Positions 1-8,584 of a DNA stretch of 64,000 bases are shown in pieces (within the stretch, counting starts at the first letter, position 1; every line of letters starts with the position of its first letter). Origin of the DNA: Pseudomonadota bacterium (lineage in GTDB: Bacteria > UBA10199 > 2-02-FULL-44-16 > JBDRGF01); contig JBDRGF010000159.1 in NCBI GenBank assembly GCA_043818055.1, positions 1 through 64,000 of the forward strand, read 5' to 3'. The notes under the pieces were generated by a model. It worked only from the letters and a program-made list of their open reading frames with translations, did no database searches and was not told where the DNA came from. A program made the translations under genes and the position numbers.

Positions 1-666
1 AGAATCGCTGTCTCCAAAGCGTGTGCAGATGAAATAGCCTCTATCTCGGAAAGAAGCTTCGAGGTGATTCCGAATGGAGTCGATGTGAAATGGTGGCACA
101 GGGAACAGAATGAAAAGAATGGTAACGAAGTGAACATCGTCTATATGGGAAGGGCTGATATCAGAAATGGGCTCGACAAGGTCATCGAGGCCTTCGGGAT
201 CGTCAGAAAAACCGATCCGAATGTCAGATTGACGATCATCGGGGATGGGCCGTTGCTGTCGATATTTAAAAATCAGGCGAAGCATCTTTTGCCATACATC
301 ACTTTTCATGGTGCGCTCTCGGAGACGCGCCCCGACGTGGTCGCGACGGCGGATATTTTTATTTTTACGCCTCACATTGCATCATTCGGAATTACGATCA
401 TAGAGGGGATGGCTGCGCGAAAGGCGATTATCGCATCTGACATACCCGCATTCAAAGAACTTTTGAAAAATAATGAAAGCGGGCTTTTGGTCGATCCCGA
501 CTCGCCGGAAGCTATCGCGTCGGCAATGTCAAGGCTCGCTGCTGATAAAGATTTAAGGTTTAAATTAGCAGAGAGAGCCTTTAGAGACGTGGGGAAATAC
601 GACTGGGAGAATGTATCGGAGAGAATCATCAATTGCTACGAAAAAGCTGTAAGCTGTAAGCTGTAA
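1..666 (+). CDS. Glycosyltransferase family 4 (PimA-like), 5'-truncated by window edge
   Basis: Frame is open from base 1 (RIAVSKACADE...VIPNGVD); GT4 C-terminal motif SFGITIIEGMAARKAIIASDIP. Confidence 0.85.
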   Translation, partial: RIAVSKACADEIASISERSFEVIPNGVDVKWWHREQNEKNGNEVNIVYMGRADIRNGLDKVIEAFGIVRKTDPNVRLTIIGDGPLLSIFKNQAKHLLPYITFHGALSETRPDVVATADIFIFTPHIASFGITIIEGMAARKAIIASDIPAFKELLKNNESGLLVDPDSPEAIASAMSRLAADKDLRFKLAERAFRDVGKYDWENVSERIINCYEKAVSCKL

Positions 667-667
667 G
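644..667 (+). repeat. Heptamer tandem repeat (AAGCTGT) x3.4 overlapping the GT4 stop codon
   Basis: aagctgt aagctgt aagctgt aag read directly. Confidence 0.85.
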
Positions 668-676
668 TCAAAACCT

Positions 677-1381
677 ATGATATATTACATCATCACCATA
701 GCTTTATTAGTCTTTATAGGCGGCGTCTATTTTACTTTTGTCTTTGTTCCGCAATTTGATTTTTGGTTGTGGGGGATGAGGCGAAGGTGGAAAGGGAAAA
801 GGATTGCCTGTATCACATTCGATGACGGGCCGGATGAGCCTTATACGGAGCAAATCCTCGATATATTGAAAGAGAAAAATATCAAGGCGACCTTTTTCGT
901 TCTCGGGAAAAAAACACTTTTACATGAAGACATAATAAAAAGAATTACCTCAGAGGGACATGATATCGGGAATCACCTATTCAGTCACAAGAAGATAACA
1001 TTCTTGAGCACGAATGAAATTAAAAAAGAGATTTTAGATACAAATATGATTTTGGAAGGGAACTCTGTAAAAGCAAGGATCGTAAGATTGCCACATGGTT
1101 TCAGAACCATCTTTGGAGTTCGTCGAGTTCATAAGCTGGGGTTTACTATTATACCCTGGACAAAAGGGATTTGGGATACTCAGGGAGATTCGCCGGAGAA
1201 GATTTTCGCAAGATTCATGAAAAAGTTTTCAAACCTCGAGATACTCCTCCTCCATGACGGAGAGGATATGAACGCAAAATCGCGCAACAGAAGCGCGACT
1301 GTTAAAACGTTGCCAAAGATCATCGAAGAATATAAAAAGAGACATTATCAGTTTTTAACAATATCAGAGCTCATGAGTTGA
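677..1381 (+). CDS. Polysaccharide deacetylase (NodB/CE4 family) with N-terminal membrane anchor
   Basis: Motifs ITFDDGP, GNHLFSH, RLPHG and LLLHDG. Confidence 0.9.
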   Translation: MIYYIITIALLVFIGGVYFTFVFVPQFDFWLWGMRRRWKGKRIACITFDDGPDEPYTEQILDILKEKNIKATFFVLGKKTLLHEDIIKRITSEGHDIGNHLFSHKKITFLSTNEIKKEILDTNMILEGNSVKARIVRLPHGFRTIFGVRRVHKLGFTIIPWTKGIWDTQGDSPEKIFARFMKKFSNLEILLLHDGEDMNAKSRNRSATVKTLPKIIEEYKKRHYQFLTISELMS

Positions 1382-1385
1382 TAGC

Positions 1386-2300
1386 ATGAAGAAAAAATTA
1401 CTTCACATTACAGGATGGTTGATAACGCTCACACTGCTCGGATTCATCGCATTTAGAATGGACTGGCAAACTGTAATTCAGGGGTTCAAAGCGGCAAGTA
1501 TCAACTACATTGTTTTAGCCATTCTCTTCAACTTCATCGTGATAGGTGTTAAGTCTTTGAGATTCAAATGGCTGATAAAGGTTGGGGATAAACTCAAATT
1601 TAGCAAAGTTCTAAATGCGACCATGATTAGCTTTGCCGCAAATAATATTTTTCCAATGCGTGGCGGAGAGCTTATCAGAATCCAAATGCTTAGCGAAAAT
1701 GGAAAAAGGTCGAAGCTCTCTTTGGCGAGCATCAGCTTTTTGGAAAAGCTTTTTGACGCAATCGGCATCGTTGTCCTGATTCCATTTTTACTTTTAATTC
1801 CAGACAAACCTGTTTGGCTCAACAAGGGAGCGTTCATAGTAATAGCTATCACTGCAGTTTTTGTCGGCATATCCTTCTTTCTTAAGTTATTTGAAAAACA
1901 CGCATTCATAAAAAAATTGACCGACGGATTTAAGGCATTGCACAACGCAAAAGATTTTTTTTCAAACCTCGTATTGACGATCATCAGTTCGATCCTGCAG
2001 ATACTCATCCTTCAATGGATGCAGATGAGTCTTGGCATCGAGCTTCCATTCTGGCAGACAGTGCTCGCATTCTTAGCAGTGAATCTTGCAATCATGATAC
2101 CATCAGCGCCAAGCCACCTGGGAACGATGGAAGCGGGGCTCCTCATGATCTACTCCATCTTCGGCTTACAAAAAGAAACGGCGCTCAACATCGCACTGAT
2201 GTATCACGCCGTTCAGTTTTTCCCAGTCACTCTTACAGGATTAGCAGTTTATCTTCTTAATTCAATAAAATCAAAAAACATCGTCAACTCCACTGCATAA
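1386..2300 (+). CDS. Lysylphosphatidylglycerol synthase TM / flippase-like (UPF0104) membrane protein
   Basis: Multi-TM protein; NNIFPMRGGELIR and IPSAPSHLGTMEAG motifs. Confidence 0.85.
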   Translation: MKKKLLHITGWLITLTLLGFIAFRMDWQTVIQGFKAASINYIVLAILFNFIVIGVKSLRFKWLIKVGDKLKFSKVLNATMISFAANNIFPMRGGELIRIQMLSENGKRSKLSLASISFLEKLFDAIGIVVLIPFLLLIPDKPVWLNKGAFIVIAITAVFVGISFFLKLFEKHAFIKKLTDGFKALHNAKDFFSNLVLTIISSILQILILQWMQMSLGIELPFWQTVLAFLAVNLAIMIPSAPSHLGTMEAGLLMIYSIFGLQKETALNIALMYHAVQFFPVTLTGLAVYLLNSIKSKNIVNSTA

Positions 2301-2318
2301 CGAAAAAACAATAAAAGT

Positions 2319-3005
2319 TTACTTAGCCAAAATCTGGTGAAGCCATTTCATGACAAGATCAGGCACCGGAAAGCCCTGCCGCTTGGCAAAGCTGGCCACA
2401 TTCATCAGTTGCGAACGACCTAGCCGCGGGATTCTTCCCTTGAGGGAGACAAAATATGCTATTTTCGCCGCATGTTCAACCTCTTCCAATCGGTCAAAGG
2501 CCTCCTCTAAATCAGCTCCCAACGCTACCACACCGTGCCTTTGCAGTATAAATGCGTTATGACCTTCGATGAATGGTTCAACTTTTTTAACAAGATCTTC
2601 GCTCCCAGGAGGTGCGTAAGGTATTGTGGGGATCGACCCCAAAGAGAGCGCTGTTTCGGGTAAAATGGGATATTCAAAAGATATCGTCGTTAGAGAACAA
2701 ACAATAGAAAACGGAGAATGCGTATGAACAACAGCCATCACATCGGGACGCTTTTTATATATCGCAAGATGAACTCTGTACTCAGAGGAGGGCAGAAAAG
2801 CCCCGGATAATTGTTTCCCCTCCAAATTAATTACACATAGATCATTAGGTTTAATGGAACACTTTCTCAACCGGGATGGAGTGATCAATATTTTATCATC
2901 GTCTATTCTACAGGAAACGTTGCCACTACGGGATACGATATGATCTCTATCGTATAGTCTCCTACAGATATCAACTATCAATTTCTTTTCATTATCTAAA
3001 TTCAC
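2319..3005 (-). CDS. Class II aldolase/adducin family protein
   Basis: SGNVSCR, PSSEYRVHLAIY, VVHTHS and HGVVALG motifs. Confidence 0.9.
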   Translation of the reverse strand: MNLDNEKKLIVDICRRLYDRDHIVSRSGNVSCRIDDDKILITPSRLRKCSIKPNDLCVINLEGKQLSGAFLPSSEYRVHLAIYKKRPDVMAVVHTHSPFSIVCSLTTISFEYPILPETALSLGSIPTIPYAPPGSEDLVKKVEPFIEGHNAFILQRHGVVALGADLEEAFDRLEEVEHAAKIAYFVSLKGRIPRLGRSQLMNVASFAKRQGFPVPDLVMKWLHQILAK

Positions 3006-3037
3006 AACTCTATTTCCTCTAAAGGTTCTTCCTATCC

Positions 3038-3066
3038 ACCTAAAAACCTACAGCCTACTCACCTGA
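3038..3066. repeat. 29-bp imperfect direct repeat, copy 1 (built from short TAGG-core units on the minus strand)
   Basis: acctaaaaacctacagcctactcacctga; matches 4520-4548 at 26/29 positions. Confidence 0.75.
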
Positions 3067-3071
3067 CGGCC

Positions 3072-4184
3072 TCACCTAGTCAAAGCAAGAACAGTCGACG
3101 TTGCGGACAATCCAAAACTGGCGACCCCCAGAACAATCCCGACCCATCCTTCTGGGAGAATTCTTCGTTCACCTATGAGAACCGTATCACCGGGGTTGAT
3201 CACAAATTTATCCATATTTTTTGTGTTGAGCTTCTTCTCCTTTCCCTCAGGAGATACTACAGAGATCTTTCGTGTGGACATTTTAGAAAATCCACCGGAG
3301 AGGCTCAAATACTGTGACATCTTATAATAAGGATTGAATGGATATGCTCCAGGTGAATTGACGCCCCCCAAAACAAACACCCTGTCCTCAAAAGAGGGAT
3401 AGAAAATGTTGTCTCCGGGTAATTTCGGCACATCATAATCGAATGTATTTTTTTCCGTGATCACATGTGGAACAAAAATCACGTCGCCATTTTGCAAATC
3501 AAATTTTAACATCTCAGCCTTTGAAGAAGGAACCTCTGAAACCTCCTTCTTACCAGCAGTAAACCTCACGACGCGGATAGGGGAATTAGCGGCAGCACCG
3601 ACGCTAAAACCACCTGCGAGATTAATCGCATCGGAAAGACTACGTTCACCCTTTACTTCATATTCCATCGGCCTATTAACCGCGCCAACCACCTGTATGC
3701 TCTTTTTCTTCAGAGGGATATAGACAACATCATTATCAAGAAGATATGGATTCTGCGACAAATTGCCATTCAATTTGAACTTCAACAGATCTATCCTCTT
3801 GCTCCCCTCACCCTGTCTTCGAACCTCGATATTTCTCTCTGACCCACCCCGATTCACTCCACCTGCTTTTTGCAACACTTCGGACAATCTGTCCGAGGCA
3901 GTTATTCGATAAGTACCGGGGTTTTCTACTTCGCCTAAAACATGCACTTGATAAGTTAGGCCTACTCCTTGCGATATAAAATTTCCATTACCCATCATAT
4001 TTGCATCATCCATCCCCACCGGGACACCGGGCATTACCTGCTTGCCGTCTCCCTTTCTAAAACTCATATTTGAATTCTCCTCAACCATCGGTCTTTGAAA
4101 TCTACCACCAGATGACTGGGCAATCGAACTTACCGAGACCAAAATCACAACCAAAAACAATAATATGTTTATTAATTTCTTCAT
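3072..4184 (-). CDS. SLBB-domain polysaccharide export protein (Wza/KpsD-like)
   Basis: Signal peptide; three SLBB-like repeats (VHVLGEVENPGTY, IQVVGAVNRP, VFVLGGVNSPGAY); C-terminal hydrophobic helix. Confidence 0.8.
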   Translation of the reverse strand: MKKLINILLFLVVILVSVSSIAQSSGGRFQRPMVEENSNMSFRKGDGKQVMPGVPVGMDDANMMGNGNFISQGVGLTYQVHVLGEVENPGTYRITASDRLSEVLQKAGGVNRGGSERNIEVRRQGEGSKRIDLLKFKLNGNLSQNPYLLDNDVVYIPLKKKSIQVVGAVNRPMEYEVKGERSLSDAINLAGGFSVGAAANSPIRVVRFTAGKKEVSEVPSSKAEMLKFDLQNGDVIFVPHVITEKNTFDYDVPKLPGDNIFYPSFEDRVFVLGGVNSPGAYPFNPYYKMSQYLSLSGGFSKMSTRKISVVSPEGKEKKLNTKNMDKFVINPGDTVLIGERRILPEGWVGIVLGVASFGLSATSTVLALTR

Positions 4185-4215
4185 TCTATTTCCTTTGTTA
4201 TTCTACCATTCTTGT

Positions 4216-4434
4216 TCAGGCAGCTGTCTTTTCTTTCAGAATTTTAAAATCAATCAACTCCAGCGGATTTCCTGAAGTGCGTTTGCCTGCATCTAAAATT
4301 TCAATTGAGACTATTTTTTTATCATCAGAATAATCGATAACAATGCCATCAATCTCTAACGATTCCACAATATTTATCCCTGAAATAAACTCGATATTCA
4401 GCAAATCGTGTTTTGGGTCATATTCTATTTTCAT
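4216..4434 (-). CDS. DUF2283 family small protein (putative antitoxin-like partner)
   Basis: MKIEYDPKHDLLNIEF...GIVIDYSDDKKIVSIEILDA matches the DUF2283 pattern. Confidence 0.8.
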   Translation of the reverse strand: MKIEYDPKHDLLNIEFISGINIVESLEIDGIVIDYSDDKKIVSIEILDAGKRTSGNPLELIDFKILKEKTAA

Positions 4435-4519
4435 TATCCCCCCTCATCTGCGTTTCTTTTCCAATATCCATCAGTTTGAGAAGTCAAATAGAATGCTTCG
4501 TTTCCAGACCCCTGATATT

Positions 4520-4548
4520 ACCTAAATACCTACAGCCTATCCACCTGA
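4520..4548. repeat. 29-bp imperfect direct repeat, copy 2 (overlaps the wzz-like stop codon)
   Basis: acctaaatacctacagcctatccacctga; see 3038-3066. Confidence 0.75.
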
Positions 4549-5691
4549 ACAGCTATTCTTCGTCATTTGCCTCATCCTCTCGACATATTCAAGGAAAAAG
4601 ACAAGAAAAATTGCACAGAAGAGTGAGGCCATGAAGGCCATCATGACAATCTGAGTGCGTCTGGGCCTGCTCCTCTGCACTGGCACCTTTGCCTTATCAA
4701 TAATCTGAAAAGCCAGATCCTCTTTTGCTTCATCAATTTTTGCCATCTCATATTGCTGAGTTAAAAGGGAGTTGATCTGTGTAAGCATCTGCCTTTTAAA
4801 TGTGAGATATTGGAGATAGATCTGCTGCGGAACAGCCTTTATCACATCTGACTTGCTAATTTGATTCATTTTATTATCTATTTCTTTCTTCTTACTTTGT
4901 AAATCATCTAATTTTGCGGCCAAATATTTTCCATCTGGATCATTTATATCGACAATCTCTCTCTCAACAAACTTATCATCAATTAGAGAAACATCTATCT
5001 TTGACTCTACACTCGAAACCTTTCCTGTTTTATAAAATTCATTTAGTTCTTTACCCGCTTCAAGCAAATCCCTTTTGTTCTCCACTAATTGTTTTCCGAC
5101 AAAAATGCGGTTGCGTTTGGCCACTGTCAGATTATTTTCATTGATAAATTTTTGAAGTCCCTCTACATATCCATTTGCAACTTTTGCAGAGAGATCAGGA
5201 TCCTTAAATTCTGCTGTAATTTTAATAGTATCACCCTTTTTATCATTTATAAAAATTACATATCCTGATAAGGATTTTATAGTATTTTCCATGGCCTGCT
5301 GCATTTTGAATTCGTCTTTTGTATCCAATCCCTTTTCATTAAACACCTTTATCAAGTCAAATTTATTTATCATCTCTTCAGCCAACGTCCTTGACTTTAA
5401 AATCGCCATCAATTGTAGCGTGGGGGCATTGGAGCTTGCTCCAATCCCTGCAAGGGCGGCCAGTCCACCAAATTGTGAAACCAAAGAGGATAACCCTCCT
5501 CCCTTCCCACCACCTATCGGCATAATTAGGGCTTCGGCTTTATAATACTTTGGCATAATCAAACTAATAACAACAGTCAAGAATGTTGCAAAAAAAACAA
5601 AAAGGCCAATCTTTTTTCGATGTCTATTGATCACACGCCAATAATCCAGCAGATTTATTTCATCGGCATTGTTATTGTATTCGCTATTCAT
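4537..5691 (-). CDS. Polysaccharide co-polymerase / chain-length determinant (Wzz/GumC-like, no kinase domain)
   Basis: DEINLLDYW N-terminus, two TM helices, coiled coil, C-terminal IIDKAKVPVQRSRPRR. Confidence 0.85.
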   Translation of the reverse strand: MNSEYNNNADEINLLDYWRVINRHRKKIGLFVFFATFLTVVISLIMPKYYKAEALIMPIGGGKGGGLSSLVSQFGGLAALAGIGASSNAPTLQLMAILKSRTLAEEMINKFDLIKVFNEKGLDTKDEFKMQQAMENTIKSLSGYVIFINDKKGDTIKITAEFKDPDLSAKVANGYVEGLQKFINENNLTVAKRNRIFVGKQLVENKRDLLEAGKELNEFYKTGKVSSVESKIDVSLIDDKFVEREIVDINDPDGKYLAAKLDDLQSKKKEIDNKMNQISKSDVIKAVPQQIYLQYLTFKRQMLTQINSLLTQQYEMAKIDEAKEDLAFQIIDKAKVPVQRSRPRRTQIVMMAFMASLFCAIFLVFFLEYVERMRQMTKNSCSGG

Positions 5692-5742
5692 ATCTCTCCT
5701 TTATTTGCAAAGAGCTTCGTGACCTTAAGTTTGGCCAAAATC

Positions 5743-5751
5743 ATTATAGCA
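5743..5751 (-). promoter_or_regulatory. Possible extended -10 promoter (TGnTATAAT) for the wzz-like gene
   Basis: Minus strand reads TGCTATAAT about 50 bp upstream of the start, with RBS AAGGAG; no clear -35. Confidence 0.4.
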
Positions 5752-5801
5752 CCACCCTTTTATCATCGTATACTTTACGGCATCCGACAACGGCAAAAGC
5801 A

Positions 5802-6233
5802 TTAAGCCTTCACAATTTTATTAACCACACCTACTAACTGCCTGGCGACTGGCTCAGCGCTCTCAAGAAATCTTTGAATTCTTGCCCAGCTAATATCCAA
5901 ATAATCGTGTGTGACTATATTTCTCAGCTCTGTCCATTTCGAAATTTCATTGCCGAATTTTTCATCGAAATAAGGTGTCGCGCCAAGCGCACGCAATATC
6001 TCTCTATAAGTCTGCGGGATGTTTAATTTTTCAATAACTATCAGCAGCTTTGCGATATCGATTGAACAATTTATGATATTTTCTATCCATCGTTCAATAT
6101 TTCTTCGCGTATTTCTATCTTCGTTATATTTTTTCCAATCGACCTTTTTGAAATAAGAAAAATCGGACAGCTCAGTTTCCAGAAAAATAACATGCTTTAT
6201 GAGCTCTCTTTTTTCTGTCTGATCAATCGACAT
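5802..6233 (-). CDS. HEPN / DUF86 (HepT-like) ribonuclease toxin
   Basis: LRNIVTHDY (RX4H) motif; overlaps the upstream MNT gene. Confidence 0.85.
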   Translation of the reverse strand: MSIDQTEKRELIKHVIFLETELSDFSYFKKVDWKKYNEDRNTRRNIERWIENIINCSIDIAKLLIVIEKLNIPQTYREILRALGATPYFDEKFGNEISKWTELRNIVTHDYLDISWARIQRFLESAEPVARQLVGVVNKIVKA

Positions 6234-6624
6234 TCCCCCTCCTTTGTTTTAAATGCCAACACGATTCCAGAAATGCCTGATAGTCTATAGCTTCTGAAAC
6301 CGTCCTGAGAAGAAATTTCAGATAAACCCGCCTGTCTTTAATGACAATCGGCATCCCCTTTAACGCACTATCTGCAATAAAAGGAAACGCTCTGTTGAGA
6401 ACTACAAAGTCCACATTGATACCGGCAATTTTTTCAACATCAGCCCAAATCGCACTTTCCATCGCATCACTCAGCTCCCGCCTGAAATAAACTGCTATAT
6501 CCATGTCCGATTCCGAATGCGTCCTTGCCTTGGACACAGAACCGAACAAAAACGCCATGACAATTTCATCCTTCAAAGAGAAATATTCGGCGAGTCTTTT
6601 TACTATATTGTCAACATCAATCAC
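6223..6624 (-). CDS. Minimal nucleotidyltransferase (MntA-like antitoxin)
   Basis: LFGSVSKARTHSESDMDIAV (GS-x10-DxD) and VDFVVLN motifs. Confidence 0.88.
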   Translation of the reverse strand: MIDVDNIVKRLAEYFSLKDEIVMAFLFGSVSKARTHSESDMDIAVYFRRELSDAMESAIWADVEKIAGINVDFVVLNRAFPFIADSALKGMPIVIKDRRVYLKFLLRTVSEAIDYQAFLESCWHLKQRRGNVD

Positions 6625-6704
6625 TGCCTTAATTTGAACCTCCTATGTGTCAGAAACAAACTAAATCCATAATAATAACTCTGTCATATCGCGGCCTTCA
6701 ACCC

Positions 6705-8525
6705 TCAAATCCTCCCAAACGTATATTCAGGAACTAGATTTTTAACTGCCTCGCGTACATACATTGAATCCCCTGTAGAGACTGCTTGAAACAATTTATT
6801 CAAGTCGACATGAAACACATCTTCATTTATCTTAATCATCTTTCCAATATGGATATCCTTAAATGGAGTTGCCCGCTCAACTTCCCCAAGAAACAGCTCT
6901 TCATATAACTTTTCACCAGGCCTTAACCCCGTATAAACAATAGGAATACCTGAGTGCGGAACATGACCCATGAGAGATATCAAATCCTCAGCCATCTCCT
7001 TTATGCGCACAGGCTTTCCCATGTCAAGGACGAAAATTTCCCCACCATTTCCAATACTTGCAGCCTGCAGCACAAGTTCAACGGCCTCTGGTATAAGCAT
7101 GAAGTAACGCGTAATTTCCGGATGCGTAACAGTCACAGGGCCACCAGCCCTGACCTGCGCGGTAAACTTCGGCACAACACTGCCAGAGCTACCAAGGACG
7201 TTACCAAACCTGACGCTCATACAGTTCATATCTTTATCACCGTTGGCTTGCTGAACAAGCAGCTCCCCTATGCGCTTAGTAGCCCCCATCACATTGGTTG
7301 GACGCACAGCCTTGTCTGTAGAGATAAAAACAAACTTTGATACTCCATAACTCTTTGAAGCTGCTATCACATTCATGAGACCTTTAACATTATTGAGAAT
7401 TGCCTGTCTGACATCCTGTTCAAGGATCGGGACATGCTTATAAGCCGCTGCATGAAAAATAATATCCGGTTTAAACTTATCAAACGTATCATCCACCAGT
7501 TCAGACAATTTGATATCGACAAGCGAAAAAAAACAGCGGTTCTTGCACGGATGTGAGGCAAATTCCTCATCTAACTTGTACAAACCATATTCCGAATGAT
7601 CCAGCGCCCCTATAGCAGCCGGTTCATATTCGAGCACCTGTCTGAAGATCTCTGAACCTATAGATCCTGCCGCTCCTGTTATCAGCACGCGTTTTCCACG
7701 CAAAAATTCACCAATCATTCCTTTATCAAGGCTTCTCTGAGGACGACGCATGAGATCTGCAATATCGATATTTCTGACAAATTCATTACCAGTTATCACA
7801 TCGGCCATTCCGGGAACGATTTTAGTCCTGACACCCCGCTCTTTACAGATGTGCACTATCCTTTTAACAATATCTCCATCGATATCTGAAAAAGTGACAA
7901 TTACATCCTCAATATTCATATTTTCCAAAACTTCCGGCAATGTGTTGAGATTACCAACCACATGAATTCCATGCACCTTTTTGTTACTTTTTTCAGGATT
8001 ATCATCCACAAAACCGACGACCCTATATCCAAGACGAGGGGTGAGCTTCAAATGTCTTGCCACTGCAGCTCCATGATCGCCTGCACCATAAAGAAGAGTT
8101 CTTTTCCCTGAGATGGGAGATAATCTCCCTTCCATAACATAACGCATTCCAAAACGTGACAGACCTATTAAAATACAGCTCCCCATCCAATCAACTGTAA
8201 ATACAGGCAGTCCTATTTCAGTTCTCACAATGTGAATTAAGATAACAGAAGCGAGCGAACCAAATACCGTAACCTTTACTACCTTTACCGCAAAACCCAT
8301 GCTAGCAAACCGGATGATCTCTCTATAAAGGCCCATTCTGTGGAAGATAAAAATTTTAACTGCAACAACGACAGAAAACATCCAGAGATACTCATACCAC
8401 TGATAATGAATGTCCGCAAAATCCCTGCCTGCTAACAATAGAGCTGTATAAAAAGACAGAAGTATAATGAAAGCATCCACTGTCATCAGCACTGCGTTTC
8501 TCAAATGTTCACGATTTATTATCAT
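6705..8525 (-). CDS. Membrane-anchored UDP-GlcNAc 4,6-dehydratase (PglF/WbpM/CapD family)
   Basis: Four N-terminal TMs; ITGAAGSIGSE, HAAAYKHVP, STDKAVRPTNVMGATK and RFGNVLGSSGSV. Confidence 0.92.
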   Translation of the reverse strand: MIINREHLRNAVLMTVDAFIILLSFYTALLLAGRDFADIHYQWYEYLWMFSVVVAVKIFIFHRMGLYREIIRFASMGFAVKVVKVTVFGSLASVILIHIVRTEIGLPVFTVDWMGSCILIGLSRFGMRYVMEGRLSPISGKRTLLYGAGDHGAAVARHLKLTPRLGYRVVGFVDDNPEKSNKKVHGIHVVGNLNTLPEVLENMNIEDVIVTFSDIDGDIVKRIVHICKERGVRTKIVPGMADVITGNEFVRNIDIADLMRRPQRSLDKGMIGEFLRGKRVLITGAAGSIGSEIFRQVLEYEPAAIGALDHSEYGLYKLDEEFASHPCKNRCFFSLVDIKLSELVDDTFDKFKPDIIFHAAAYKHVPILEQDVRQAILNNVKGLMNVIAASKSYGVSKFVFISTDKAVRPTNVMGATKRIGELLVQQANGDKDMNCMSVRFGNVLGSSGSVVPKFTAQVRAGGPVTVTHPEITRYFMLIPEAVELVLQAASIGNGGEIFVLDMGKPVRIKEMAEDLISLMGHVPHSGIPIVYTGLRPGEKLYEELFLGEVERATPFKDIHIGKMIKINEDVFHVDLNKLFQAVSTGDSMYVREAVKNLVPEYTFGRI

Positions 8526-8584
8526 TTCTTCAAATTTCAGTAATTTTCAATTCCCTAATTTGGCGCTCCAGACAAAATAAAAAA

